Shown here in pieces: positions 10,301 through 19,371 of a stretch of DNA of 64,000 bases; the first letter of the stretch is position 1, and each line of letters begins with the position of its first letter. The translations under genes and the position numbers were made by a program. The notes below the pieces were generated by a model. It had not been told where the DNA came from and searched no databases. It saw nothing but the letters and a program-made list of their open reading frames with translations. This DNA is from an uncultured Candidatus Poseidoniales archaeon (GTDB lineage Archaea > Thermoplasmatota > Poseidoniia > Poseidoniales > CAYMED01), in the NCBI GenBank assembly GCA_964389655.1, contig CAYMED010000008.1:1-64000 (forward strand). The letters are read 5' to 3'.

Positions 10301-11288
10301 TTCATCAATCACTTTGAGCGGTATCTTGACACGTGGTCCTGCAGATGGAAGTGTGGAAATACGAGCAGTTATTGATGACAAGAGTACATTTGAATCTAGT
10401 TTCCAGATAGCCAAGAAAGAAGGAAGTGCAGATGAAATGATGGTCAATGCAGGCGATCAGTTTTCCCTGACACTCGACTTGTCTGATAAATTCAGCGAAG
10501 ATCAAAATGTTGATCTAACAATTCATATAAGGTATGTTGAAAAAGATGCAGATAACAAGATTTTGAAGATAGATGGGCAGGACGTTGGCTATGTCTTTGA
10601 AGAATTTAAAATCACATTGGCAGCAGCTCGTGTCCGCACGGTTGATGATATTGTAGCTAAGGTAGAGAGTGTTACTGATCGCGCAATTTGTTCAAACCTT
10701 GGTCTCCGCTTGCTTGCTGGAAAAGATGCGAATACCAATGGTGAACTTGATGAGAGTGAGATTGCGCTAACGCTGATCGACTGTAATTCTGAGACACAAA
10801 TCCTTGCCCATAACAACCTTGCTGAAGTAGCACCTGGTGGCATTTGTGGTGATAAAACGGGTCTCCGTTATCTTGTTGTTTGGGATGCAAATTCAGACGG
10901 GCGCGTAGGTGGTACTGAAACCCCACAACGTGATTTGACCATGTGTGCTGGGGATGACCTTGAGGCATTGAATAGTAATCTCGCAGCGAGTAATGTTGCT
11001 TCCGACGATTCAGGTTCAGGTGGTCTTAGTTCAACATTGATTTACGTGATTGCAGGCGTCCTTGGACTTGTCGTAGTTGGGGTGCTCATCATGTTCGTCT
11101 TTGGCCGTGGCGGAGGTTCTGGCAGTGATGGTGACCTCCGAGCAGCAGTATCTGGAGGCGGTGTTGCTGTAGGTACTGTAGGCACTATGGACCCGATGGA
11201 GGCTTATGTTCAGCAGTTAGTTGCTCAAGGATATCCTGAAGAAACCGCTAGAGCGTATGCTGTACATTATTTCCAGCAACAAGGTTAG
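4311..11288 (+). CDS. Giant secreted, C-terminally anchored surface protein (FG-GAP/VCBS propeller, CARDB/Ig-like, jelly-roll and PKD-like domains)
   Basis: Signal peptide. FG-GAP repeats (LADFDGDGDLDMV, VGDFNGDNCPDIV, IGDEDGDNIIDVV, DHINGDSKIDVI, IADLFGDTTPELV). Two DLS.....FRF.S....G.A.DN jelly-roll ends. PKD-like LTFDAGISNDPD..IAAYEW. C-terminal TM IYVIAGVLGLVVVGVLIMFVF; 2325 aa. Confidence 0.85.
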   Translation: MILIIMTYSTLGLGRTRKSLMLVFLLLIAAPLAMVDVGSASGVRNQRTTVDPDDVALADFDGDGDLDMVTSSAVGHRISVTYNLGNGEFGDRSDIWISRNGSDRAGTLDLAMVEQVEVGDFNGDNCPDIVLWQQGFVAQITAKGNLTFVLNDGCTGSPHAGFTVDTSKDISLAAFVVDLVVTDIDDPSTECTNLAQGNPGCNDILLYGLDYMQTSTFVHLYRGGTATQAGTPDVNLTLPASESWDFSLGVGDFGEQKAAIGDCDDRDLWLVSGPPTGGVGWTDNVSVITYNCITQQFDSMPAPGSAQRFSVGVPYGGFGIGDEDGDNIIDVVAMNNGWNRNATVIKRAATGNPFSQANAQVVPIGNHAGDRIFLDHINGDSKIDVIVPSVIPVETYTDSLGGSFDSRTVDGLGEPSVVQVMISDGSGGFLSPLSFPTTGRRPNIVQIADLFGDTTPELVVGHRDYRFMVGGYGFFNLDSDGDGVADTNFGYWEDSWTEAGQIDGIGIINIDAEDLAITSLSVSPAGYGTIGAGTRNVSVDITNTGLDQLGGTIDVTTTVKEVTGGTNTTVYQNDFDSAAVNPLNANLAFEQYLGGTNSWHIETNHPTASQMEVNDTSANLTNPTNFMWAGTMETNTSDGVSHSGYLPNRDDAMLIQSIDLTGADAARLGVQVYFDAWFSVIRYGGGATGVIEPRTIIEDVGLIEVRRQSGGWETLQFYGGFDFNRQMNDAFGLDEGQNAGSAQQLGYSNGYHWGYRSYYGWLNFTDGSELDLSRYAGEVIDLRFRFRSNTFGSVNADDDWYIGFDGFAVDNLSITKESLVYGGGPQQKTNPVALGTFKSSDQITTNMSFNFDADKEYKIDAAISNFGSVNDGDDRNDESGFRLYTENIYDPEMLGIEMFGPDEFAQGRSYADGARDVSVRVAHRGSTVVDFDVELEILSATAATPLLEDDFEKDNIGYTASYQPAESNQGAVIDDSSSTKLFNSYAWWFGDPISGYGANWDNYINFTGIDLTSTTADYAFLEFDYFADLHYLVMSDGTRYPSDALRLYLQWDNTSSGGTHGGVYEGQVLGSWANYEDVYSPGDRCTIERGSAYGEEEYFGDVINFDENRRGEWLFSTDGRVESVKLDLTHLWVENRSGQFSRSECIDLSGSMVEFQFRFTSDSDFNGGDGFKGVALDNVTVAEYSFSPEATLKQTVTGLDAQEERVVTMGNHLFDTGIYQLRATSIYDNQTIGKDWYDQPELRWSNNKTSSQVNIVSTKAKFGSMRTLDGVYPISSTLDHTFRTSVSAGTLGAEFTFALEILDSGGSVVQTKDYSNGATVELEAGERKALEITPDYNFQSDETYTIRWTATYPSDGSEAAEPIEMNATFSNSIDVLVLNTDASLIYKIKTELDALGLDYTMLRGNPSQPDKDDWGDYFNQGWFEAYDRILIQRLKDEAAYNRLFTLDNDDSRGPPGVVTALEAWAGQIGHTLQVHLPAANPTWLTEYDNAGKDIGKLPFGLRPAANSEFPASEATILDPFHPLTINLSSAEIQTLGSGSAIEARIETSSALTDVPSVCTAESATAGLSWRSLIGDDTAADFNSERSVLASCQVNNKGTILMTTLNVDSTSTDLLSTMLSSQFSPYEAAFDESTDIGIRLDPTSQEQAPLLADQASYAIHWMKNDVTVSFDYLSILDASRLTAYWALTGPSKWSGATSNSADSADVKQADQSSARFCVEDTSKALSDPDFCRRPSASSYTEFTVGTETRYGVTDENNFLSLGWKVDLYLYDDLGHSLKRTLHLGTNPDLADSEFPMANFTIKDPTLLNSADNPDGWIWDMGTLDGVPYYVIQLDSDGLRSLTFDAGISNDPDYDTNPSSNGIAAYEWTIRQDLDCDSTDDADDFTKTSTDSDFARTFRSITVGKQRSDRSIDPLCDVSLDPLGEDKWDIGVIYVDLRVQDLSGKWSNQSTSGSGKHTIKIATVPHYYDVSTNSSSLAQLDWDAATEALDDAPLSKADYSSITLSGILTRGPADGSVEIRAVIDDKSTFESSFQIAKKEGSADEMMVNAGDQFSLTLDLSDKFSEDQNVDLTIHIRYVEKDADNKILKIDGQDVGYVFEEFKITLAAARVRTVDDIVAKVESVTDRAICSNLGLRLLAGKDANTNGELDESEIALTLIDCNSETQILAHNNLAEVAPGGICGDKTGLRYLVVWDANSDGRVGGTETPQRDLTMCAGDDLEALNSNLAASNVASDDSGSGGLSSTLIYVIAGVLGLVVVGVLIMFVFGRGGGSGSDGDLRAAVSGGGVAVGTVGTMDPMEAYVQQLVAQGYPEETARAYAVHYFQQQG

Positions 11289-11332
11289 CCTTAATTCAAT
11301 GAATTCACGCTTGTCATACGTCCAACGCAGCG

Positions 11333-11827
11333 TTGATACACAGAGCCGTCTCGCCCCGAGATGTGGTAGATGTATTCAGCGGACAGGTGATTGGCCCAAG
11401 CCATGAAGGTGGCTTGCTAATTTCCTTTCAAGGATCCTTTCCTGCGCTAGGTACACAATTGGTGACTACTGATGGGTTGCGCCTAGGAAGAGTTGATACA
11501 GTTCTCGGTCCTTTGTCGAACCCTCAAGCGCACATACTGCCTGTAGATGCCAAAGACCTTCCTAAAGCAGGAACTAAGGTGAAAATCGGCCCTCGTCGTG
11601 CTAAAGGTGAAACAAAAAAACGAAAGGAATCACGGCCAACAAATAAACCCCGATACCAACATGGAGAGCGAGTTGATGACTCACGCCAATCGACTCGTTT
11701 CCGTGATTCGAATTTGAAAGGTCGAAGAGGTGGTAGCCGTGACGTAACTGGGCGTCGTCATTCCTCTGCGGGGAAGCGAGGGCCCTCTCGCAAATTCTAT
11801 GGCCGTAAGGGCCAGAGGAGGCGCTAA
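11333..11827 (+). CDS. gar1: Gar1/Naf1-family H/ACA RNP protein with Arg/Lys-rich tail
   Basis: PALGTQLVTTDGLRLGRVDTVLGPLSNP matches the archaeal Gar1 pattern P.IG..V....G..IG.V.DVFGPV..P. Confidence 0.75.
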   Translation: MIHRAVSPRDVVDVFSGQVIGPSHEGGLLISFQGSFPALGTQLVTTDGLRLGRVDTVLGPLSNPQAHILPVDAKDLPKAGTKVKIGPRRAKGETKKRKESRPTNKPRYQHGERVDDSRQSTRFRDSNLKGRRGGSRDVTGRRHSSAGKRGPSRKFYGRKGQRRR

Positions 11828-12917
11828 TCTGTCTCAAAAAGTCGATGCTTTACAAACTGAAGCCGCTACCCTTCTCGCAGAAGGTCGACGGATTGAATCT
11901 GTTGAAATAGGGCGTAAAGCGCTTGAAATAGATGCTACACACCTAGATACGCATTGGGTTGTGGCACGAGCTCTAGTCCCCGAGAAAGGCTCTATAGGTT
12001 TGGAGGACGCATCATCAAGTTTTGCTCATTGTGAATATCTTGTCAATGAGGAGCCCTCTCGTGCAGAGGCATGGGTGCAAGGTGGTGCACTCCTTACGCA
12101 TCAATTGGGCATGGTTGAAGAGGCATTAGCATGGTGGCAAGGGTATCGTGAAATTTGTCCAACAGACCCGCGTCCACTCCTTCAGCAAATCTCAATCCTA
12201 GCAGACCTTGGGCTTTACGATGAAACTCTTGAACAATTTACCCGTATTGTAGATGATGGTGTTGAATCATTGCCCGTGCGTGACGCCAATCAGATGCGTC
12301 ATCTTCACATGACCGTTTCTGAAGCAGCACGCTCATCCCGCGAAAATTGGTTCCGCCCTTGGAATGAGAGCGACAAAGGGTGGGATGTCATTCGGACACG
12401 GATGACTCGTCGTCCAGCCAATGAGAGTGTACTCTTCTTACTCTTGGTTGCCCCTGTGATGTGGTTTGAGGCTTGGTTCATCACCGCTCGCCCGATGGCT
12501 GTTTCCGGTTGGCTAATGGCCATGGGGCTTATTTTTCTAACCTTCATCTTTGGAATGCGAATGACTAGAGGGATGACTCGTCGTCTTAATCTTCCAGCCA
12601 TGAATTTGATCAGGGCAATGGAAGTTGAGACAAGCAGTGGGCGCGTAGTCATTCCCGAAGATATTCGCGCTTCCAAACTCTATGGTGCAATATTACTTCA
12701 ACGTCCACCAGCGCTCAGAGATCGTCATGACCGAATCGCAGCACTTGGGCGCCCCCTGGCTTCTGGTTGGCGTCCTCATGTTCCAGACCTTTCATCAGCA
12801 GACGATGCCTTAGAGGAAGTATTGATCAACAATGGCCGTGCCGAACTTTCAATTGAGGATGAGTTGGAATTTTCGGGGGACCTCACTCCCTTGACAGACT
12901 TACTTGAAGAAGAATAA
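11799..12917 (+). CDS. TPR-like repeat membrane protein
   Basis: TPR-like helices ([28 protein letters not shown]), two hydrophobic segments, acidic C-terminus. Confidence 0.65.
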   Translation: MAVRARGGANLSQKVDALQTEAATLLAEGRRIESVEIGRKALEIDATHLDTHWVVARALVPEKGSIGLEDASSSFAHCEYLVNEEPSRAEAWVQGGALLTHQLGMVEEALAWWQGYREICPTDPRPLLQQISILADLGLYDETLEQFTRIVDDGVESLPVRDANQMRHLHMTVSEAARSSRENWFRPWNESDKGWDVIRTRMTRRPANESVLFLLLVAPVMWFEAWFITARPMAVSGWLMAMGLIFLTFIFGMRMTRGMTRRLNLPAMNLIRAMEVETSSGRVVIPEDIRASKLYGAILLQRPPALRDRHDRIAALGRPLASGWRPHVPDLSSADDALEEVLINNGRAELSIEDELEFSGDLTPLTDLLEEE

Positions 12918-12931
12918 TTGGATATGATACA

Positions 12932-14344
12932 ATGGATCTTTCAGAAAATTACCACGTTGCTGATCTTTCATTAGCAGATTGGGGCCGAAAAGAGATTGAC
13001 ATTGCGGAACAAGAGATGCCCGGTCTAATGTCTGTTAGGAAAAAATATTCTGATGGGAAGCCGCTTTCCGGTGTTCGAGTTACGGGCTCACTTCACATGA
13101 CTATACAGACAGCAGTTTTGATCGAAACACTGGTTGAATTAGGTGCTTCTGTACGCTGGGCAAGTTGCAATATATTTTCTACTCAAGATCATGCTGCTGC
13201 TGTGATCGCAACAAGCGGCGTTCCAGTCTTTGCGTGGAAGGGGATGACATTGGAAGAATATTGGGATTGCACTTTCCGTGCGATAGACCATGGAGATGGT
13301 CAAGGTCCAAATTTGATTGTGGATGATGGTGGGGATGCCACGCTTCTCATCCATAAGGGATATGAAATGGAACAGGGCAGTGATTGGGTCCATCAGGCGA
13401 CAACAAACCATGAAGAACAGTGCATTAAGAATCTCTTGAAGAAAATAAATTCAGAACGACCAAGTTATTGGACGCAAGTTGTCGCTGAATGCAGAGGCGT
13501 TTCAGAAGAAACAACAACGGGCGTTCATCGACTGTATCATTGGGTTGAAGCAAATTCTCTTCTTTTCCCTGCGATAAATGTAAACGACTCCGTAACGAAA
13601 TCAAAGTTTGATAATCTCTATGGGTGTAGGGAATCTCTAATTGATGGAATTAAAAGAGCTACTGACGTGATGATTTCAGGAAAAACAGCCGTTGTTTGTG
13701 GCTACGGTGATGTCGGAAAAGGCTCTGCCCAAGCCCTCAAAGCAATGGGGGCTAAGGTAATTGTAACTGAAATTGATCCAATATGCGCTTTACAGGCAGC
13801 GATGGAGGGTTTTCAGGTTCTTACGATAGAAGACACACTGGGATCAGCAGACATTTATGTCACAACAACTGGAAATAAAGATGTGATTCGATTAGAACAT
13901 ATGGAGTGTATGAAGGATCAGGCGATTGTCTGCAATATTGGGCATTTTGATAATGAGATTCAGGTAGAATCATTGGAACAACAGACCGGTATTGTTCATC
14001 TGAATATCAAACCTCAAGTGGATAAATATACATTTTCTGGAGGGAATAGCATATTCTTGTTGGCATCAGGTCGCCTAGTCAATCTTGGCTGTGCAACCGG
14101 CCACCCTAGTTTTGTCATGTCGAATAGTTTCACCAACCAGACCCTTGCTCAGATTGATCTGTGGAAAAATAAAGATGTGTATGAGAATAAAGTCTACATC
14201 TTACCTAAGCACCTAGATGAGGAGGTGGCGAGACTACATTTGGAAAAGATTGGATGCAAATTGACGACCATGACTGAAGAACAGTCTGCTTACATCAATA
14301 TCCCGGTTGAGGGGCCATACAAACCAGACCACTATCGCTATTGA
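12932..14344 (+). CDS. ahcY: S-adenosylhomocysteine hydrolase
   Basis: [58 protein letters not shown]-terminal KPDHYRY. Confidence 0.99.
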   Translation: MDLSENYHVADLSLADWGRKEIDIAEQEMPGLMSVRKKYSDGKPLSGVRVTGSLHMTIQTAVLIETLVELGASVRWASCNIFSTQDHAAAVIATSGVPVFAWKGMTLEEYWDCTFRAIDHGDGQGPNLIVDDGGDATLLIHKGYEMEQGSDWVHQATTNHEEQCIKNLLKKINSERPSYWTQVVAECRGVSEETTTGVHRLYHWVEANSLLFPAINVNDSVTKSKFDNLYGCRESLIDGIKRATDVMISGKTAVVCGYGDVGKGSAQALKAMGAKVIVTEIDPICALQAAMEGFQVLTIEDTLGSADIYVTTTGNKDVIRLEHMECMKDQAIVCNIGHFDNEIQVESLEQQTGIVHLNIKPQVDKYTFSGGNSIFLLASGRLVNLGCATGHPSFVMSNSFTNQTLAQIDLWKNKDVYENKVYILPKHLDEEVARLHLEKIGCKLTTMTEEQSAYINIPVEGPYKPDHYRY

Positions 14345-14363
14345 GCCGTACTTTGAAAATCAC

Positions 14364-16397
14364 TCATGCCGATATTTTTCTATCACTGATTTGTCTTCTC
14401 TTTCTCGTTGCAGCAAGTATGATGCTACCAATAACCACAAAAAAGCCGAATCCCGGCAACCCCCCCTCGCCATCAGAAGCGATTGCAGGTTTTGGAATTG
14501 AGTCCTGATTCGGTTTGCTGTCTGCATCATTTGGATCGGTACCCGCCAATACTTCTTCTCGGTCACTGATGCCATCTCCGTCACTGTCCGCATTAATTCC
14601 TGAATTCAGATGAGATGCGTCAAAAACCTGCGTTGCCGTTGTACAAGATGTCGTATCTTCAGCATCACATATGTCAAATGTAATTGTGAGGTTCTCATCA
14701 ATCGAATCGAGATAGCGTGTATCGATTTTGATGGATAGCTGATCGATTCCTATCCTAGATGTAAATTTTCGGTCTCCAACTGTTGGAGTAATACGGACCT
14801 CATCCCCCTCTGAATCTTGTACAGTTACTAGAATTGTAAGTATGTCTCCTTCCCAACTGCCGCGAGCACTGACAAATTCAGGTGGGGCATTTGTGCGCAG
14901 TATGTTTTCATCGGTTTTGAGGGAATAGGGTGCCAGATCGCTTGTTCCTTCCGAATTGATCCATATTGCATATTTTCCAGGGCTGAGTGAATCGAGATCA
15001 ACCTCTACTGCGGTGGACCCACTACTTGGAAGCAGTGTTTTATCAGACCAAATAGTGACTGCATCAGACCCAGCTTTACTCATTCCCACTTGAATTTCAT
15101 GAACTGGTGCATCATATGCAACACTAATGGGAATAAATACTGTTTTACTCGCTTCAGAAGGTACATTTCCGATCAAAACAGGTGCACCGACAGTCCATTT
15201 CCTGCTTGAGGAGTTTCCTTCTGAATCGGTGATCATGCATTCAATCTCTTTGGAGCTATCTGTTGAAGGGATTGTGGCAAATAAACCAGCACCCCTGTAA
15301 TGGTTAATCATCCATCCATTTTGGGTTGTAGTGTAAGAGCAATTCAAATCCCAATCTGGCACACTTGAGTCAATCCATGTGGCCAATATCGCTGAGTCGA
15401 TAAGTGCTGAACTATCACCAGGCCATGCCCCTATCATGGTGCCATTTGTGGGCGCATCTGAGCCCCAACGGGGGGGTCTAGGTGGGTCTGTGGTGAAATC
15501 AAGTTTCCATATCCCATAGTCTGAATCGATCTCAACAAGTGTTCTATTATCGGATAATGTGGTTATTCGGGGGGCATTTGTACTTCCACTTCCATCCCAG
15601 CGGGCAAGCCGCAGCACTTCATCGTCAGAAAGATCTAGTATGGGTGGGAGGATGAGGCGATAAGTTGCGTTTGGGGTCCCATTCATGAGGATTGTGAAAT
15701 TTTTCGGATTTGTAATTCCATTCCAACTCAAATCCCCAGTCATGTTCAGATACACGTCTTCTCCCACAATTGTGGTTGGATATTCCCAACAATTACTCTT
15801 GGTGGGCCCATCACATTCTTTGGTCTCTGATGGCTCATCTCCAGTATTGTATTCGCCATCAGGGCCGGCAGGGACTCCATTTTCTTGTTGAATGACCATA
15901 CTCTCTTTACCTTTCCATGAGACATTATTCCATGAATCTAAGCCATTTGACCACGGAGACGTAAGTCCAACACGGGTGGATATCTGCTCCAAACATTCCG
16001 GTCCTGCATCCGTCAGGAGGGATACTTCATCAGTACCTAAGTGATCATCGTGAGCATCCGCATCTCCGAAAGTCATTGTGATGTTTGAAACCAATTCATC
16101 GACATCAGCTCTCAGAACGGGCGCAAGAGTATCATTTACCCAAGCATCAGCTCTTGAATTTCCATCTTTCCATTCCCATTCGCTAGTCGTGTTATCAAAA
16201 GTTCCTAGGTTCATTGTGAAAATACCATGTGTATAGACAAACATCCATTCAAATGTTTGGCCCTCACATTCCTTGAATGCTTCAGAATAGTCAATTCCTT
16301 GCCTGGAATCAGCTGAAATTGGTGGGAGTGACGAGATAATAATAGAAATCAGAATTGCTGTGGATACTGTCCTTCGGCCTCTCGCCATGTGCGCCAT
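14364..16397 (-). CDS. Secreted surface protein with a Ca-binding (TSP3-like) repeat and PGF-CTERM archaeosortase signal
   Basis: Signal peptide; DSDGDGISDREEVLAGTDPND; C-terminal LPGFGFFVVIGSIILAATRKRR (PGF + TM + basic residues). Confidence 0.8.
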   Translation of the reverse strand: MAHMARGRRTVSTAILISIIISSLPPISADSRQGIDYSEAFKECEGQTFEWMFVYTHGIFTMNLGTFDNTTSEWEWKDGNSRADAWVNDTLAPVLRADVDELVSNITMTFGDADAHDDHLGTDEVSLLTDAGPECLEQISTRVGLTSPWSNGLDSWNNVSWKGKESMVIQQENGVPAGPDGEYNTGDEPSETKECDGPTKSNCWEYPTTIVGEDVYLNMTGDLSWNGITNPKNFTILMNGTPNATYRLILPPILDLSDDEVLRLARWDGSGSTNAPRITTLSDNRTLVEIDSDYGIWKLDFTTDPPRPPRWGSDAPTNGTMIGAWPGDSSALIDSAILATWIDSSVPDWDLNCSYTTTQNGWMINHYRGAGLFATIPSTDSSKEIECMITDSEGNSSSRKWTVGAPVLIGNVPSEASKTVFIPISVAYDAPVHEIQVGMSKAGSDAVTIWSDKTLLPSSGSTAVEVDLDSLSPGKYAIWINSEGTSDLAPYSLKTDENILRTNAPPEFVSARGSWEGDILTILVTVQDSEGDEVRITPTVGDRKFTSRIGIDQLSIKIDTRYLDSIDENLTITFDICDAEDTTSCTTATQVFDASHLNSGINADSDGDGISDREEVLAGTDPNDADSKPNQDSIPKPAIASDGEGGLPGFGFFVVIGSIILAATRKRRQISDRKISA

Positions 16398-16461
16398 GAC
16401 CTCTGACCTCTCGTGTCCCGATTTTGTTGGTTTCGCTAATCAACACCTGTTTGGCTTAATT

Positions 16462-17298
16462 TCATGGTCGAAGAATACGGAAGCGGCGGATGACGAAGAT
16501 TATGGGGAGGATGGTCCAAGCAAGAGCGGCTGAGAAAACCCAATGTATGCCTATGGGCAAAGCACCGGTCCCTGATGCCCGTGTTTGTATGAGCAGCTGA
16601 TAAACACCATTTGGTGATAGTAGGTCGACATATGCATTTACTTCGGAGAATTTGATGTCACTTTGGCCTGAAATTTCAGCCCCAAGTAATCCGGCAATGA
16701 CAAGTGTAACTAGAACCCAAAGAGTCGTGAAAACCAACCATGCCCCAATTCCGATTGCAACAGCACTTCCTCCATCGCGTGAAATGGAAGATGCAAGCAG
16801 TTGAATTGAGGACCACCAAAGAAGCATGAACATGCTCGCTCCTAAGAATGCAAATACATCTACTAAATTTGGACCCACCTCCATCCGAGCCGCAACAATT
16901 ACGCAGGATATTGCGCTGAATATGAATACTGGAAGTGCTACTGTGATCCATACTCCAGCAAGATGGGCAAGCGCAAGAGTTGGCCTACTGACGGGCTGGG
17001 CCAATTCAATTGCCAATGTTCCTTGCGATCTAGGGCCGCTGATGCAATCGAACCCCACAAGTACAATTCCTAATGAACCTGCTAACAAAACAAATGCAGA
17101 TAGAATGTATAGCACATCTCCTCCTGTTTCCATCCCAATGCTGGTTGTTAATTTGGTCTTTGGATCTGACAAACCCCATGCCATGCCAACAATAAACAAG
17201 AGAAGTACGGGGGTTAGTGCCCACATTCGAAGAGAGCGCCAATGAGTGTTTGCAATATCACTGGAGACCCGTGCAATTATCTTGGGGTTAAGCGTCAT
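16462..17298 (-). CDS. ABC-2 type exporter permease (NosY-like)
   Basis: About six TMs; GFDCISGPRSQGTLAIELAQPVSR matches the D.IS.E...GTL..LL..PVSR family motif; overlaps the ABC ATPase gene. Confidence 0.85.
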   Translation of the reverse strand: MTLNPKIIARVSSDIANTHWRSLRMWALTPVLLLFIVGMAWGLSDPKTKLTTSIGMETGGDVLYILSAFVLLAGSLGIVLVGFDCISGPRSQGTLAIELAQPVSRPTLALAHLAGVWITVALPVFIFSAISCVIVAARMEVGPNLVDVFAFLGASMFMLLWWSSIQLLASSISRDGGSAVAIGIGAWLVFTTLWVLVTLVIAGLLGAEISGQSDIKFSEVNAYVDLLSPNGVYQLLIQTRASGTGALPIGIHWVFSAALAWTILPIIFVIRRFRILRP

Positions 17299-18299
17299 TC
17301 TTCTTCCCCCATTGCAGCATCAATTAATCGATCTAGCTCAATTGGTTCTGCCAGAATCGTTGATATTGCCGCTCCGCTGGAGATCATTCTCTTTGCCAAC
17401 AAAGCGCGTTGTTGTGTGGTAACCTCTCCACTAGATGGGCGGACGACGAGTCTCCACTTTTCCTCATTAACGTGATCTAATTTGGTAATTTCAGGTTTTA
17501 TGATGCCAATCTCAGATGCAATTTCTAAGAGTTTAGATTTTGGTAATTCATCGGTAGTTCCCCCCAAAATTGCGCCTCTTGCCAGATGCAAATGCTTGCA
17601 CGCCCCCTCAATCGTATCGGTTGTCAGGACTAAACCCGATTCAATCACTGCGATTCGATCAACTAATGTGGCGAGTTCTCGCAACCGATGTGATGAGATG
17701 AGTATTGATGTTCCTTGGTCGCGTAGCCCTTGAAGCAAGGCATGAAGGGAACGTTGAGCTAAGGGATCAAGTCCATTGAGGGGTTCATCAAGAAGCAAAA
17801 TGTTGGGGTTCCCCAATAGGGCAGAAGCAAGGCTCAACCTTTGTTGCATGCCTTGGCTGAGAGTATTCAATTGTGCTTTTGCCTGCCTCTTCAGACCAAC
17901 GACTTCTAATTTCTCCTTAATTTCATATTTTGGGATATCCCTAAGCATTGCTATGCGGGCCAAGGCTTCTTGAGCAGTTTTTCGCCCTGACCACCGTACA
18001 CGTTCCGGCATTATCCCTATACAAGCGCGTGCCTGATGAGCAGTTTTTGGGTCATGAAGGTCATAAGCCTCAATGCTGGCAAATCCACCATGCATCGGCA
18101 AAATCCCGGCTAATACTTGTAGAAGTGTTGTTTTACCTGAGCCATTTCTCCCTACGAGTCCCACAATTTCTCCCTTTCTCAAATTGAGATCGATGCCGTG
18201 TATCCCTGCGCCATCATCTTTGGTATGTGGGGCTTTAGATGGCTGCCGCCCCGGGTGGCGGTGGACGAGTCCGCGAGCCCTCAATCTTGCATCCATCAT
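17295..18299 (-). CDS. ABC transporter ATP-binding protein
   Basis: GRNGSGKTT, LSQGMQQR, LLLDEP, ISSH. Confidence 0.95.
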   Translation of the reverse strand: MMDARLRARGLVHRHPGRQPSKAPHTKDDGAGIHGIDLNLRKGEIVGLVGRNGSGKTTLLQVLAGILPMHGGFASIEAYDLHDPKTAHQARACIGIMPERVRWSGRKTAQEALARIAMLRDIPKYEIKEKLEVVGLKRQAKAQLNTLSQGMQQRLSLASALLGNPNILLLDEPLNGLDPLAQRSLHALLQGLRDQGTSILISSHRLRELATLVDRIAVIESGLVLTTDTIEGACKHLHLARGAILGGTTDELPKSKLLEIASEIGIIKPEITKLDHVNEEKWRLVVRPSSGEVTTQQRALLAKRMISSGAAISTILAEPIELDRLIDAAMGEEE

Positions 18300-18333
18300 T
18301 CGACGAATGTCTCAATGCCTTTGGGACCTTTGC

Positions 18334-18552
18334 TTATTCGGCGGCAATTCGTATGGAACCATCTTTGTACGTGATCTGAATTTTATTAGGGACCTTGCGT
18401 GCAATTGCCACAATTGCTTCTCGAATTGCATCCTCGTCAGTTTCAAAATCTTTAGCTGCACGTTTGGTTGACCATCCCACCTTGACGAAGTCTGAACGAA
18501 TGAGCCAAGCTAGGAGCCTTGACTCAAACTCGCTTAGATCTTCTTCGGCCAT
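18334..18552 (-). CDS. Small hypothetical winged-helix-like protein
   Basis: 72 aa with a helix-turn-helix pattern (WSTKRAAKDFETDEDAIREAIVAI) followed by a beta hairpin. Confidence 0.55.
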   Translation of the reverse strand: MAEEDLSEFESRLLAWLIRSDFVKVGWSTKRAAKDFETDEDAIREAIVAIARKVPNKIQITYKDGSIRIAAE

Positions 18553-18594
18553 AGTTGCGGCAACCTCTTGTTGAATATGAATCGCCCGGCCGCT

Positions 18595-19347
18595 CTATCG
18601 GCGGGCATGAATTGTCATTCTCCCTTGATTTACTGTTTGGAAAAAGCCGCCACGTTTCTCAAAAATCCCTTTTATCGCCGAAAGAATTCGGATAGGAAGT
18701 GCATATCTAAGCCAAGCTTTCTTTGGATATGTGATTTCAAAATGGGAAAAGCCGAGGTCCCGTAACATGCCCTTAAGGGCGGCAACATTTGGTGCCCAGT
18801 AATTTGTGTCATCATTATTCATCGAATTTTTTGGATAATATACCATCGAGGGTTTGCGACGATGTAAGTCATCGACTAATGTCTCAATGATCAACAAATC
18901 ATCGCATACAGATGCAGCGATTTCAAGTCCATGCATTGGGTCCTTTAAGTGATACAGAACTCCGAGAAACAAAACCACATCAAAGGTACCAACTGTCTCG
19001 GGGCTGATGTCTTCTACGCTAATTTCTAAGTCTTCGACTTTTGAATTAAGGATCTCACGAGCGAGGTCAAAGCCATCTTTTGTACCCCATCCAGGACCTG
19101 ACCAGCAGAAATGGTCTGTTGCAAGAACTCTCTCCGCTCCTTTTTTTTCAGCCTCAAATGAAAAAAATCCATTCCACGCACCAATATCAAGCACGCTCTT
19201 CCCATCTAAATCATTAGGTATGCAGACCTGTTTTGATTTTTCAGAAGAGTCATCTTGGCCAGCAGTGGTAATCCCATTACCTAGGTCGATTGAATGGAAC
19301 CACCGAATTGCTTCAACCCGCTTTCGCAGTTCATCAAGCGAATCCAC
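18595..19347 (-). CDS. Class I SAM-dependent methyltransferase (DUF1698/CmoB-like)
   Basis: WFHSIDLG, VLDIGAWNGFFS, FDVVLFLGVLYHL, TNYWAPN. Confidence 0.88.
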   Translation of the reverse strand: MDSLDELRKRVEAIRWFHSIDLGNGITTAGQDDSSEKSKQVCIPNDLDGKSVLDIGAWNGFFSFEAEKKGAERVLATDHFCWSGPGWGTKDGFDLAREILNSKVEDLEISVEDISPETVGTFDVVLFLGVLYHLKDPMHGLEIAASVCDDLLIIETLVDDLHRRKPSMVYYPKNSMNNDDTNYWAPNVAALKGMLRDLGFSHFEITYPKKAWLRYALPIRILSAIKGIFEKRGGFFQTVNQGRMTIHARR

Positions 19348-19371
19348 ATTGTCGGCATTGCAAGTTCGTTT

